Part shown: one piece after another, positions 44,878-54,063 of the stretch | How the letters are laid out: the number at the start of each line of letters is the position of its first letter | How positions within the stretch are numbered: position 1 is the stretch's first letter | The notes under the pieces: model-generated | Seen by the model: the letters and a program-made list of their open reading frames with translations, nothing else | Told to the model about the DNA's origin: nothing | The model's database searches: none | Assembly: GCA_027078545.1 (NCBI GenBank) | Contig: JALWXN010000001.1 | Location: 18,347-82,346 of the forward strand | Direction: 5' to 3' | DNA: 64,000 nucleotides | DNA from: Nitrososphaeria archaeon | GTDB taxonomy: Archaea > Thermoproteota > Nitrososphaeria > Geothermarchaeales > JDFR-13 | Made by a program: the position numbers and the translations under genes

Positions 44878-46686
44878 ATGTCCTGGGACGTGGATGAGTT
44901 TAGGAGGGGGATCCAGTTCCTCGAGAACCGGTTTAGAACCTCATTGGAGAGGGTGGAGGGCCGGGTAGATACATCACGACTCACCAGGAAGTTGGATGAA
45001 GAGGCTGCGAAGGACTATCTATATAGGCTGTGGGGCGAGGGCGAGTATACAGCGATAGGTATAGACGGTAGTATGGATCACTCGGTGGCGCTGGACATCA
45101 TAACGATGTTTATAGCAGTCGCCACTGCGGAGGCCAGGTTCACTGTTAGCCGTGACGGTATAGGGGTAAGCCTCGACGAGTCGGACATCTCTGCTAGGGA
45201 GAGTATCTATAAGGTTGTGCCCTACTCGTTGGAGGATTCTGTGGAGGCCAGTGGCTTCGGCTCAGCCCTGGAGGAGAGGTCTGTAAAGGGGACTATAGAG
45301 AGCATCCCCAACGCTGTTATGACTCTGGGTGAGTTCTACATAGCTAGGAAGTCGCTGGAGAGGGAGGATGTTAAGATCGTCTTCCTAGACAGGCCCATAG
45401 CCAGCACCTATGGTCCATACTCCAGGAATCTGAGGGAGCGTCTGGATAGGGATTGGGACTGGGTATTCATAGACGAGGATGTTATGGGTGGAGAGGCTAT
45501 CCAGCCGATCGATATCTACCTCACGCTACACATAGGTCCTAGGCCGGGATTCCTTGGGCTCCAGTATATACCCGGCCAGAAGCTGGCCTATGTAGTCGAC
45601 CGTATGCTGAGCCTGGCGGATGAGGATGGCATGGTTGATCTTAGGGAGCTTGGGAGGGTGATACCTACATTCCCCGGTATCGATAAGATTCTTAAACGTC
45701 TGGAGAGGAATCTGGGGAAGGAGCTATTCAACATGTTGGTTGAGGATGTGATGCATACCAGACTTGTCCTGGCAAGTGGTGTGAAGGACTACTGGACCCG
45801 TGTATCTAGGGTGTGCGACGAGTTTCTAGGTGAGCTATTCGGGGGTGGGGAGGTGGAGCACCCCCTATATGTGAAGGGTAGGCCTGTAACGGTGGCTGAT
45901 CTAAGCCTCATAGGTATAGTGGAGATCTATAGGCTGGCCGAGATTGTTAGGGAGACGGATAAGCTGGTTATCGGGATGGGTAAGGATACTGCGGTTACAG
46001 ATATAATACGGTCAGTAGCCCCATATCTAGGCGGTCTCAGGGAGGCTGAGCAGCTGACCAGGATCGCCAGGACGGATAGGAACCTATTCACATTGATATC
46101 CGCTAGGCAGCCTGAAGACCTACCAATACCCTGGAGATCGGTTGGATATGATAATGCTTTCTCGGCACTGGTATACAGAACGAGTCTAGAGGCCCCACGG
46201 GGCGGTATGCCTCCGCCACGCCTCCTGATAAGACAGTATTTCCAGCTTAGGGAGTGGGTAAAAGGTGGTGTCCGGATGAGGAGTCCGATATTCTTCTTCG
46301 ACAGGTTCTACCTGCCCCATGAGCCCGATAACCAGTTTGTCAAGAAAATTGAGATAATCTTCAGGAAGAGGCGGCCTACAAAGGAGAGAAGGGAGGCTGT
46401 AGACATATATATAGAGGATGGGGAGGGAGGCGTAAACCCCCTCGACAACACGATCCTCTACATCATCTCAAGGTTTGACAAGCCCCTCCCTCTGGAGGCG
46501 GCTGGACATAACTACCTCCTATTCCTAGCCGATAAGGAGGTGAAGCGGATGATCCGGGTTATTAGGGATAGGGTATCCCGCCTGATGGAGGGTAGGATCT
46601 ACAGTATTATGAGGGAGTCGAAGACATTCATGCTCCCATGGAGGTTTAGGGAGTTCCGTGCAAGGATTGAGCATAGGAGGCGGTAG
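44878..46686 (+). CDS. NurA-superfamily nuclease-like protein, unusually large
   Basis: 602 aa. Spaced NurA-like hallmarks: 'YTAIGIDGSMD' (Asp motif I), 'KIVFLDRPI', 'VIGMGKDTAVTD', 'PLEAAGHNYLLFLADKEVK'. A TATA-like 'CTAAATATATTT' lies about 30 nt upstream. Confidence 0.55.
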   Translation: MSWDVDEFRRGIQFLENRFRTSLERVEGRVDTSRLTRKLDEEAAKDYLYRLWGEGEYTAIGIDGSMDHSVALDIITMFIAVATAEARFTVSRDGIGVSLDESDISARESIYKVVPYSLEDSVEASGFGSALEERSVKGTIESIPNAVMTLGEFYIARKSLEREDVKIVFLDRPIASTYGPYSRNLRERLDRDWDWVFIDEDVMGGEAIQPIDIYLTLHIGPRPGFLGLQYIPGQKLAYVVDRMLSLADEDGMVDLRELGRVIPTFPGIDKILKRLERNLGKELFNMLVEDVMHTRLVLASGVKDYWTRVSRVCDEFLGELFGGGEVEHPLYVKGRPVTVADLSLIGIVEIYRLAEIVRETDKLVIGMGKDTAVTDIIRSVAPYLGGLREAEQLTRIARTDRNLFTLISARQPEDLPIPWRSVGYDNAFSALVYRTSLEAPRGGMPPPRLLIRQYFQLREWVKGGVRMRSPIFFFDRFYLPHEPDNQFVKKIEIIFRKRRPTKERREAVDIYIEDGEGGVNPLDNTILYIISRFDKPLPLEAAGHNYLLFLADKEVKRMIRVIRDRVSRLMEGRIYSIMRESKTFMLPWRFREFRARIEHRRR

Positions 46687-46688
46687 AT

Positions 46689-46811
46689 ATGGTAGGGGTA
46701 GGCATGGAGAATGAAACCCTGTTCGACGAGTTGGACGATAAGTTCGACGCTAGGATCGCGTACTACACCGTGCAGAACCCTACTGATAAGGAGGGGAAGA
46801 TGGGTGTCTAG
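46689..46811 (+). CDS. Candidate 40-codon acidic ORF, or a detached N-terminal extension of the downstream ATPase
   Basis: MVGVGMENETLFDELDDKFDARIAYYTVQNPTDKEGKMGV. It starts 2 nt after the NurA-like stop. It is in the same reading frame as the HerA-like ORF and is separated from it only by a TAG at 46809-46811. Confidence 0.2.
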   Translation: MVGVGMENETLFDELDDKFDARIAYYTVQNPTDKEGKMGV

Positions 46812-46829
46812 GAGGGCCTTGCATATATA

Positions 46830-48455
46830 GTGGCGCCCTTCCAGATCGAGGTTTTTGACAGGCTACACGACCCAATCCTCATAGGTGTTGAGAGGAGGTA
46901 TAATGGAGAGGACTGGTTCATAATATTCGACGTAGCTGATATTATGCCGCTACACATGGAGATGGGGAGTGTTGGGGTATCCCTACCCTATAAGCTCCAG
47001 GAATATGTCCTGGAGAATATTGAGGAGAGCTGGTTCCACGAGGATGGGAATAACTGGATGGCTGTCCGGGCGGTGAACACTGGCTACCTGATAAACAGGG
47101 ATAGGGTGGTGATGAGGAAGCTCTTGACACCCCTCGCGGGTAGTAGGGCGCACCTCCTATCGGCATCGACCTATCAATACCTCGTTAATAAGGAGGGCAG
47201 CTATACAGTGGAGGTCGGCAGGGTGAAGGGGTATGGCGTCCCGGCCAGGATAGATATAAGCACCCTACATAGATACCATACAGGGATATTTGGCTACACC
47301 GGTACGGGGAAGTCCAACCTAACCTCCAACCTCCTCAGGAAGATTATGGATACCGTGGATGACCTAGTAGCCGTGGTCCTAGACATTACGGGGGAGTACC
47401 CGATAAACATCATCGATATGCTTGAGAGGTATGGGGTGATCTATCTAGACCCCTCCACACCTATAGACAGTTTTAGGGAGACGGTGGTCTATCCGGAGAC
47501 CCTCCAGCAGAGGATGGCTGGGGAGGGGCTGGATCCCAGGATTGTACGGGATATACTCATGAAGATCCCCACCAAGAAGCTCTACCTAGAGGATGATGAG
47601 GTGACGATAGAGTCGGTGATCGGTGAGATCAACTCGGTTCTGCGTGATGCTGATAAGCTTACCCTGGATGGGCGTGTAAAGCTTATGGAGCTTGTGAGGA
47701 GCCTCTACGAGATGGATAGGAGGATGGATCTGAAGACCTTCAAGGAGAAGTATGGAGATATGTATCAACACGTCCTAGATACCCTGAGAGAGGTGGCTAA
47801 TCCGCTAAACCAGAGAAGTACCGTGAGGATCAAGCTTGAATCACTAATTGCGTTGATCGAGGAGCCTCCAGAGCAGGTTGAGAGGGATTATGAGACTATC
47901 AGGAAGTTTGCCCGTCGGATCCTATATCATGGGGAGGAGCGGCTCTACCTCCTCTACATACCGGAGGACTTCTTGGCGAGGGAGTATATAGCCAGGCTGA
48001 TCGACGAGATCTTCCTCCTGAAGAAGACGGCCGGCCTGGGTAGGAAGGTGTTGTTCGTGGTTGATGAGGCGCATGAATTCATATCCCGTGAGACTAGGGG
48101 TGCTAGGAACATGGATCGTTCTAACCTTGCTCTTGAGAAGCTCTTTAGGCAGGGGAGGAAGTATGGGGTTGGTGGCTGGATAGTGACCCAGCGTGTCGCC
48201 CATCTAAACACGAGTATTATGCAGCAGCTCCACACATACTTCGTCTCCACCCTGCCCAGGACATATGACAGGTCTGTAGTTGCTGACGCCTTCTCCATCA
48301 GTAAGTCGATCATAGATAAGGTGCAGGCTTATGATATGGGGGAGTGGCTATTCATGAGTCATGTAGCCACTAAGTATAAGAACATACCTGTCGAGGTTAG
48401 GACCGATAATAATGAGGACTATGTCTTGGACTGGTTACTAAGCAAGAAGGCATGA
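46830..48455 (+). CDS. HerA/FtsK-superfamily (DUF87-type) hexameric ATPase-like protein
   Basis: 541 aa. Walker A '[14 protein letters not shown]', Walker B '[11 protein letters not shown]', '[12 protein letters not shown]', and a beta-rich N-terminus consistent with a HAS barrel. Confidence 0.75.
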   Translation: MAPFQIEVFDRLHDPILIGVERRYNGEDWFIIFDVADIMPLHMEMGSVGVSLPYKLQEYVLENIEESWFHEDGNNWMAVRAVNTGYLINRDRVVMRKLLTPLAGSRAHLLSASTYQYLVNKEGSYTVEVGRVKGYGVPARIDISTLHRYHTGIFGYTGTGKSNLTSNLLRKIMDTVDDLVAVVLDITGEYPINIIDMLERYGVIYLDPSTPIDSFRETVVYPETLQQRMAGEGLDPRIVRDILMKIPTKKLYLEDDEVTIESVIGEINSVLRDADKLTLDGRVKLMELVRSLYEMDRRMDLKTFKEKYGDMYQHVLDTLREVANPLNQRSTVRIKLESLIALIEEPPEQVERDYETIRKFARRILYHGEERLYLLYIPEDFLAREYIARLIDEIFLLKKTAGLGRKVLFVVDEAHEFISRETRGARNMDRSNLALEKLFRQGRKYGVGGWIVTQRVAHLNTSIMQQLHTYFVSTLPRTYDRSVVADAFSISKSIIDKVQAYDMGEWLFMSHVATKYKNIPVEVRTDNNEDYVLDWLLSKKA

Positions 48456-48575
48456 GAGCCATGTTATTAGACCTGGCTAGACCCCATTGGAAAACATTTG
48501 GTATATATCCGCTTTTTATAGACATATATCCTAAGACCTTTAAAACTTATATATTTTCAGAGACGTGATAAGTAT

Positions 48576-49013
48576 ATGCCCCCCGATGTATGTGTAACTG
48601 GAGCGGGGGGGGGGCAGGGAGTATTGAGGGATGAGCCTATGCCCGAGAATAAGGATCCTGTTTCTAATCCGTCTTCCTTGGTGGAGAAGGTGCGTGTCCT
48701 ACTTGACCAAGCTGAGTGTGTCGAGTACAGGCCGGGGTCTGTCTGCCGCGTTATCAGGCTGGGCTCCAGCGAGCTGGATGAGGACTATTCCTATTACCTG
48801 GCGTACTATGAGGATGATGGCTCGATAACGGTTACTCTGAAGAAGCATAAGAACCAGTCGAACTCCTTCGCTGTCTTCAAGATTACGGATAAGATTCTGG
48901 AGCTGGAGACTAAGGATAGTTTCCTGGAGAGGATGGGGAAGATATATGATATCCTTGCTGGCCTAGCGAGTAGGATTGGTGTAAAAAAGGAGTTTGAGGG
49001 TGATCTTATCTAG
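48576..49013 (+). CDS. Hypothetical protein
   Basis: 145 aa. An AT-rich promoter region lies upstream. There is an alternative in-frame ATG at 48639 (MPENKDP...). A G10 tract sits at 48605-48614, between the two candidate starts. Confidence 0.45.
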   Translation: MPPDVCVTGAGGGQGVLRDEPMPENKDPVSNPSSLVEKVRVLLDQAECVEYRPGSVCRVIRLGSSELDEDYSYYLAYYEDDGSITVTLKKHKNQSNSFAVFKITDKILELETKDSFLERMGKIYDILAGLASRIGVKKEFEGDLI

Positions 49014-49015
49014 GG

Positions 49016-51637
49016 CTAGGCTACTACGCAGGCCGACCATCCACACTCTAGACATGTTATACAGCCCTCGGCATGGCTCAGCATCTTGCTGCCACATTCT
49101 GGGCAGGTCTCATACTTGTGGCTGGTCTTTGTCCCGCCGTCCTCCTCGCCGGTGGTTATCTGGAGTGTTGGCTGCTTCGGCCTGGTCTCCTCGCCCATGT
49201 TGGGCCTCTCTATGCCTAGCTTCTCTAGGAGTTCTAGGGTCTTGTTCTGGACCACTACCATGTATCTACCCGTCCTCTGGCTAGGTGTTACGAGTACCTG
49301 TACACTCTTGCTCCCGTCTCTGTAGATGGTTATACCCTTTACTCCTAGGCGGTAGCTGAATAGGTATGCCTTCTCGACGTCGTCCACCGATACCCATGAG
49401 GGCATGTTTATCGTCTTGCTTATCGACTCGGTTATCCATAGCCCTGCCTCATACTGCATCCTTATGTGGTCCCACCAGGGTATGTCGTAGGCTACTGGGA
49501 ATGTCTTCTTCAGGTCTTCTGGTACGTCGTTGAGGCCCTGTAGACTCCCGCCGTTGTCGGCTATCTTCTTGAGGAGCTGCTCGTCGTAGAGGCCCCTCTC
49601 CTTCAGCTGCCTCTCGAACTCTATATCGGTGTAGAAGAATACTCCTACCGATACTCTCTTCTCATATACTAGGGCGAATATCGGCTCTATCCCTGAGGAT
49701 ACGTCTACTATCATTGAGATCGAGCCTGTAGGTGCGATGGTGGTTACGCCCACGTTCCTCACTCCATACTTCATTATCTCGTTCCTAAGGGAGTCCCAGT
49801 CTAGTGTCCAGAGCTCCCTCCTGTAGAAGCCCGCAACCGGCATCTCTCCCTCCTTGTAGCTGCTCTTATCGTATAGTGGGTATGTCCCCCTCGTCCTGGC
49901 TCTCTCGACACTCTTCTTTAGGGCGTAGTATGTGAGGTGCTCGGTTATCTTCCTGGTGAACTCGAATCCCTCCTCGCTGTTGTAGGGTATTCCTAGGGCT
50001 GCTAATGTGTCTGCCAGTCCCATTATCCCTAGGCCTACCCTCCTAAGATTGTTGGTCACCTCCTCGATCTTCTTGATTGGGTATTTATTGACATCTATCA
50101 CATTGTCTAGGAACTCGTAGGCCTCCTCTATCGTCTTGTGGTATGCGTCCCAGTCGAACCATGCCTTCCCATTCTCGTCGAACCTTACGAAGGCGTATAG
50201 GTTTATGCTGCCTAGGTTGCAGCTCTCATATGGGTATAGGGGCTCCTCGGAGCATGGGTTTGTACTCCTTATTAGGCCTAGTGACTTCTTCATCACGTTG
50301 TGGGCGTTTATCCTGTCGAGGAAGAGTAGGCCTGGGTCTCCAGTCTTCCAGGCGTACTCGGCTATCATCCTGAATAGCTGCCTCGCCCTCACCTTCCTTA
50401 CCTTCTCCCCGTTCCTCGGGTTTATAAGCTCGTACTCCCCGTCCTCATCAAGCCTACGCATAAACTCGTCGTTTAGCATTACGGATATGTTGAAGTTCTC
50501 TAGGACACCCTCCTTCTCCTTTGAGGTTATGAACTTCTCTATGTCTGGGTGCCACACCTCTAGTATACCCATGTTGGCGCCTCTCCTCTTGCCTCCCTGC
50601 TTTATCACGTCTGTTATCGTGTCTATGATCCTCATGAAGGATACTGGTCCGCTGGCTACTCCTGATGTGGATGATACTATGTCTCCCTCTGGCCTCAGCT
50701 TACTGTAGTTTATGCCTACTCCCCCGCCGCTCTTGAATATCATGGCTGCGTCCTTGGCCGCGTCCATTATGCTCTCTAGGTCGTCCTCCATGTCTAGTAC
50801 GAAGCATGCTGATAGCTGTCCAAGCCTCGTGCCTGCGTTGAAGAGTGTCGGGCTGTTGGGTATGAACCTCTTACTTACCATTAGGTTGTAGTACTGGAGA
50901 TACTTGTCTAGATATTTCTGGTGCCATCCAGACTCCAGCTTCTCGAGGAACTCGCTCCACGAAATCTTCATCTTGCCCTGGCTGTTCAGCCTGTCGTATA
51001 GGCTCTTCATCCTGTCTAGGTGGTACTTGTTCCATGTGACCTTCTCACCGTCGGGTAGGGTGAATCCATACTTGCCTTCGTAGAGCTCTGGGTCGAAGTC
51101 CTCTCTTGGGAAGGGCTGGTTGCCGCCTTCTAGGCTGAAGATCTCTGGGTCGTAGAGGAGGTCTGCTATGACGATGTCCATGGCCACTCTCTGGAACATC
51201 TGTTTGGGTGACTCGATTATCCTGCCCTCCTCATCCTTCAGGAGGTATCTGCTGGCTAGGAGCCTTATGGCGTTTAGGCTTAGGCTCTTATCGACCTCGT
51301 CCAGCTTCTCCTTACCCAGTATGAGCATCTTCTCCCGCCTTATCCTCTCCCTCTCCTTCCTGTAGAGTATGTAGGCCTTCGCCACCTCGTAGAGGTCGTG
51401 CTTGACTAGGCTGAGCTCGACTATGTCCTGGATCTCCTCCACAGTGGGTATCCCGCCGTCTCCATACTTCTCGTCCAGGATCTTTAGGACGAGCTCTACG
51501 ACCTTCCTATGCTTCTTGGGGTCGTACTGCTTAACAGCCTTCATAGCCTTCATTACTGCGTTCTCAATCCTCTTAACGTCGAAGTCCACTACCCTGCCGT
51601 CCCGCTTCACAACCTTCGAGACCCTGATGCGCATCAT
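49016..51637 (-). CDS. nrdJ: Class II (adenosylcobalamin-dependent) ribonucleotide reductase with N-terminal ATP-cone and C-terminal zinc ribbon
   Basis: 873 aa. ATP-cone '[20 protein letters not shown]', '[10 protein letters not shown]', active-site '[10 protein letters not shown]', and C-terminal '[26 protein letters not shown]'. The length and collinearity argue against an intein. Confidence 0.95.
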   Translation of the reverse strand: MMRIRVSKVVKRDGRVVDFDVKRIENAVMKAMKAVKQYDPKKHRKVVELVLKILDEKYGDGGIPTVEEIQDIVELSLVKHDLYEVAKAYILYRKERERIRREKMLILGKEKLDEVDKSLSLNAIRLLASRYLLKDEEGRIIESPKQMFQRVAMDIVIADLLYDPEIFSLEGGNQPFPREDFDPELYEGKYGFTLPDGEKVTWNKYHLDRMKSLYDRLNSQGKMKISWSEFLEKLESGWHQKYLDKYLQYYNLMVSKRFIPNSPTLFNAGTRLGQLSACFVLDMEDDLESIMDAAKDAAMIFKSGGGVGINYSKLRPEGDIVSSTSGVASGPVSFMRIIDTITDVIKQGGKRRGANMGILEVWHPDIEKFITSKEKEGVLENFNISVMLNDEFMRRLDEDGEYELINPRNGEKVRKVRARQLFRMIAEYAWKTGDPGLLFLDRINAHNVMKKSLGLIRSTNPCSEEPLYPYESCNLGSINLYAFVRFDENGKAWFDWDAYHKTIEEAYEFLDNVIDVNKYPIKKIEEVTNNLRRVGLGIMGLADTLAALGIPYNSEEGFEFTRKITEHLTYYALKKSVERARTRGTYPLYDKSSYKEGEMPVAGFYRRELWTLDWDSLRNEIMKYGVRNVGVTTIAPTGSISMIVDVSSGIEPIFALVYEKRVSVGVFFYTDIEFERQLKERGLYDEQLLKKIADNGGSLQGLNDVPEDLKKTFPVAYDIPWWDHIRMQYEAGLWITESISKTINMPSWVSVDDVEKAYLFSYRLGVKGITIYRDGSKSVQVLVTPSQRTGRYMVVVQNKTLELLEKLGIERPNMGEETRPKQPTLQITTGEEDGGTKTSHKYETCPECGSKMLSHAEGCITCLECGWSACVVA

Positions 51638-51868
51638 GTCTGCTCCACCTCATTGAAACGTGAAGGTGACGCTGAGGGTGGTTGAAATACCCTCCTAAGT
51701 AAATATGGGCTTGATCAGGGATATAACGTGTTTATAGGCCTCTGTTGTTGCCGTGTTACGTTTTTCAGGGTAATAGGCACACGTCGATACTGAAATTTTC
51801 ATCCAGCTGTTATAGGGTTTTTAAATGATTTCCAGGCTGTACGGGAATCGTGTGTGACCGGATACAGA

Positions 51869-53197
51869 TCACCCTATCAGCCCAGCCTTGAGTATTGCTT
51901 CGTATACCTTCCTGCTCCTCGTGATCATTGAGGCCGCCCTTTCCCATAGTTCCTGTCTGCTCGGCTTCTCCCTTGCTACTCCTTGTTTAATACTCTGTAA
52001 TGCGGCTGCTACTGCCATTCTTGGGTATACCTCCCATTCATCCATCCTTGGGACTATGTATTCCTCATGTATACCCTTCTCCTCTGCGAATCTCGCTATC
52101 TCCTGGGCGGCTGCTATGCACATCTCGTCCGTCACCGTCTTTGCCCTGACGTCTAGGACTCCCCTGAATATTCCTGGGAATCCTAGGCTGTTGTTGATCT
52201 GGTTTGGGAAGTCTGATCTGCCTGTTGCCACTATCCTTGCCCCTGCCTCCTTGGCGTCCCATGGCCATATCTCTGGTATGGGGTTGGCCGTCGCGAATAC
52301 TATTGGGTCGTCCGCCATTAGGCGTATCCACTCCTTCTTGATGGTGTCTGGCCCTGGCTTCGAGGCGCCTATAACTACATCGGCTCCTCTGAAGGCGTCC
52401 TCCACCTTCTCGATATGCTCTGGGTTGGTCATCTCTGCCAGCCTGTATTTCCATGGGTTCTTCTCCACCTCTAGGATGTCCCTCCTCCCCGCGTGGATCA
52501 CTCCCTTGCTGTCTACTAGGTACATCTTCTTTGGGTCTGCCCCTGCAAGTATCAATACCTCAGCAGCCTTTGTATTGGCTGCCCCGACACCGAATAGGAC
52601 TATCTTTACCTGGCTCAGCTTCTTACCCACTATCTTCAGGGCGTTTATCAGGCCTGCCAGTATGACTGTGGCTGTCCCCTGCTGGTCGTCGTGCCAGACA
52701 GGTATCTCGAGCCTCTTCCTCGCCTCCTCCAGTATGTAGAAGCATTTCGGCTTCTCGATGTCCTCTAGGTTTATCCCTCCGAGGCTCGGCTCCAAGGCCT
52801 TTAGTATGTCTAGGAACCTGTCCGGATCCCTGGCGTCTAGTGCTATTGGGAAGGCGTCTACCCCTCCTAGGTATTTGAACAGTAGGGCCTTACCCTCCAT
52901 AACCGGTAGTGAGGCCTCGGGCCCTATGTTTCCTAGGCCCAGTACTCTTGAGCCGTCTGTTATGACTCCTACTGTGTTCCACCTGTTTGTGTAGTCGAAG
53001 GACTTGTCGGGGTCTTGTGCTATTATCTTTGATACTGCGGCTACCCCTGGTGTGTACCATATGTCGAAGTCGCTTAGGCTCTTGATCGAGCATTTAGGTA
53101 TAATCTCTATCTTCCCCCCATACTTCTTGTGTAGCTCGGGGGCTATTCGGCCGGGCCTCTCGGCCTTCTCCATCAACTCCCTTATCTTCTCATCCAT
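51869..53197 (-). CDS. NAD(P)-dependent malic enzyme (oxaloacetate-decarboxylating malate dehydrogenase)
   Basis: 442 aa. 'WYTPGVA', 'VITDGSRVLGLGNIGP', 'INLEDI', 'HDDQQGTA', and the Rossmann motif 'LFGVGAAN'. Confidence 0.9.
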   Translation of the reverse strand: MDEKIRELMEKAERPGRIAPELHKKYGGKIEIIPKCSIKSLSDFDIWYTPGVAAVSKIIAQDPDKSFDYTNRWNTVGVITDGSRVLGLGNIGPEASLPVMEGKALLFKYLGGVDAFPIALDARDPDRFLDILKALEPSLGGINLEDIEKPKCFYILEEARKRLEIPVWHDDQQGTATVILAGLINALKIVGKKLSQVKIVLFGVGAANTKAAEVLILAGADPKKMYLVDSKGVIHAGRRDILEVEKNPWKYRLAEMTNPEHIEKVEDAFRGADVVIGASKPGPDTIKKEWIRLMADDPIVFATANPIPEIWPWDAKEAGARIVATGRSDFPNQINNSLGFPGIFRGVLDVRAKTVTDEMCIAAAQEIARFAEEKGIHEEYIVPRMDEWEVYPRMAVAAALQSIKQGVAREKPSRQELWERAASMITRSRKVYEAILKAGLIG

Positions 53198-53283
53198 CTA
53201 TATGCACCGTATAGAAGCTAGATATACACCTCTATTGTATGGGGTGCTTGTATAAATAGTATAGGCTGGGCCGGGACAACTGG

Positions 53284-53772
53284 TTAGGCCTTACCCATAT
53301 GTATCCTGGCTATGAAGTCTTCTAGGCTGCTGCTGTTGATGAGGGTCTCGAGGGCCTCCATGGGGCCGAGCCTGTCCACTGCCTCCTGGAAGGCTTCTAG
53401 GAGGAGGGTCTGTCTATAGGTGCTGGGGCCGCATCCCCTGGCTCTCCAGAAGATGTTCGACGCCTCTTCCAGCCTCTTCCCCAGGTATATGAGGTAGGCT
53501 ATGGCTACTGTCCCAGTCCTTCCACATCCTGCTCGGCAGTGGAGGTATACCTTCTCCCCCCTGGATCTGGCCTCGTCTATCTCCTTTATGGCTAGGCCTA
53601 TGTTCCTGACCGGCTCCACGTCGAAGTCTGTTATGTGTAGACACCTCTCCCTGGGCTTGTTGGGAGCTGTGGGCTTCGCCCCACAGTCTAGTGAGACTAT
53701 CCTGTCCACCTCTATGTCTAGGAGTATCTTGCCTGGCCCCACGTAAAGCCCTGGCACGAGCTCTACTGGCAT
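53284..53772 (-). CDS. Dual-specificity/protein-tyrosine phosphatase (CX5R)
   Basis: 162 aa with the active-site motif 'VYLHCRAGCGRTGTV'. Confidence 0.8.
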   Translation of the reverse strand: MPVELVPGLYVGPGKILLDIEVDRIVSLDCGAKPTAPNKPRERCLHITDFDVEPVRNIGLAIKEIDEARSRGEKVYLHCRAGCGRTGTVAIAYLIYLGKRLEEASNIFWRARGCGPSTYRQTLLLEAFQEAVDRLGPMEALETLINSSSLEDFIARIHMGKA

Positions 53773-53825
53773 GTTAAAAAGTAGGGGCTGTAAATCTAAT
53801 AATGGCTTAAAGGGCTTGGCCAGGG

Positions 53826-54053
53826 GTGTGGCTGGTGAGGAAGGTCTCTATAGAGATTCCGGAGACTCTTTATAGGAGGCTCGAGGCCCTAGCAGGGAGG
53901 ATAGGCGCTGGGTCTGTGTATGAGCTTGTTGTGGATCTCCTGAGGGAGGGTGTCTCCCGGCTGGAGGAGGATCTGGACTCTGGGCATGAGCTTAGTGAGG
54001 AGGAGGTTAGCCGTATCAGGGAGAGGCTTAGGAGCCTCGGGTATCTAGACTAG
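53826..54053 (+). CDS. Ribbon-helix-helix (CopG/MetJ-like) protein with conserved C-terminal 'LRSLGYL' tail, copy 1
   Basis: 75 aa. The likely true start is the GTG at 53835, giving MRKVSIEIPETLYRRLEALAG.... It shows a beta-strand plus two-helix pattern and is a paralogue of 62662..62868. It ends 10 nt before sat. Confidence 0.6.
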   Translation: MWLVRKVSIEIPETLYRRLEALAGRIGAGSVYELVVDLLREGVSRLEEDLDSGHELSEEEVSRIRERLRSLGYLD

Positions 54054-54063
54054 GTGTCTACCT

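Noticed and set aside
49016-51637. Possible intein in the ribonucleotide reductase (also considered for ligase and Lhr)
   Set aside because: The 873-aa length is normal for intein-free archaeal class II RNR, the sequence reads collinearly through the catalytic regions, and no intein block motifs (for example a C-terminal HN followed by Cys/Ser/Thr after an insertion of about 130 aa or more) were seen.
51638-51868. Cobalamin (B12) riboswitch upstream of the AdoCbl-dependent nrdJ
   Set aside because: I could not find a B12-box-like core (GCCACUG-type) on the nrdJ strand, and riboswitches of this class are not established in Crenarchaeota. Only simple SD-occluding hairpins are visible; these are reported separately at low interest.
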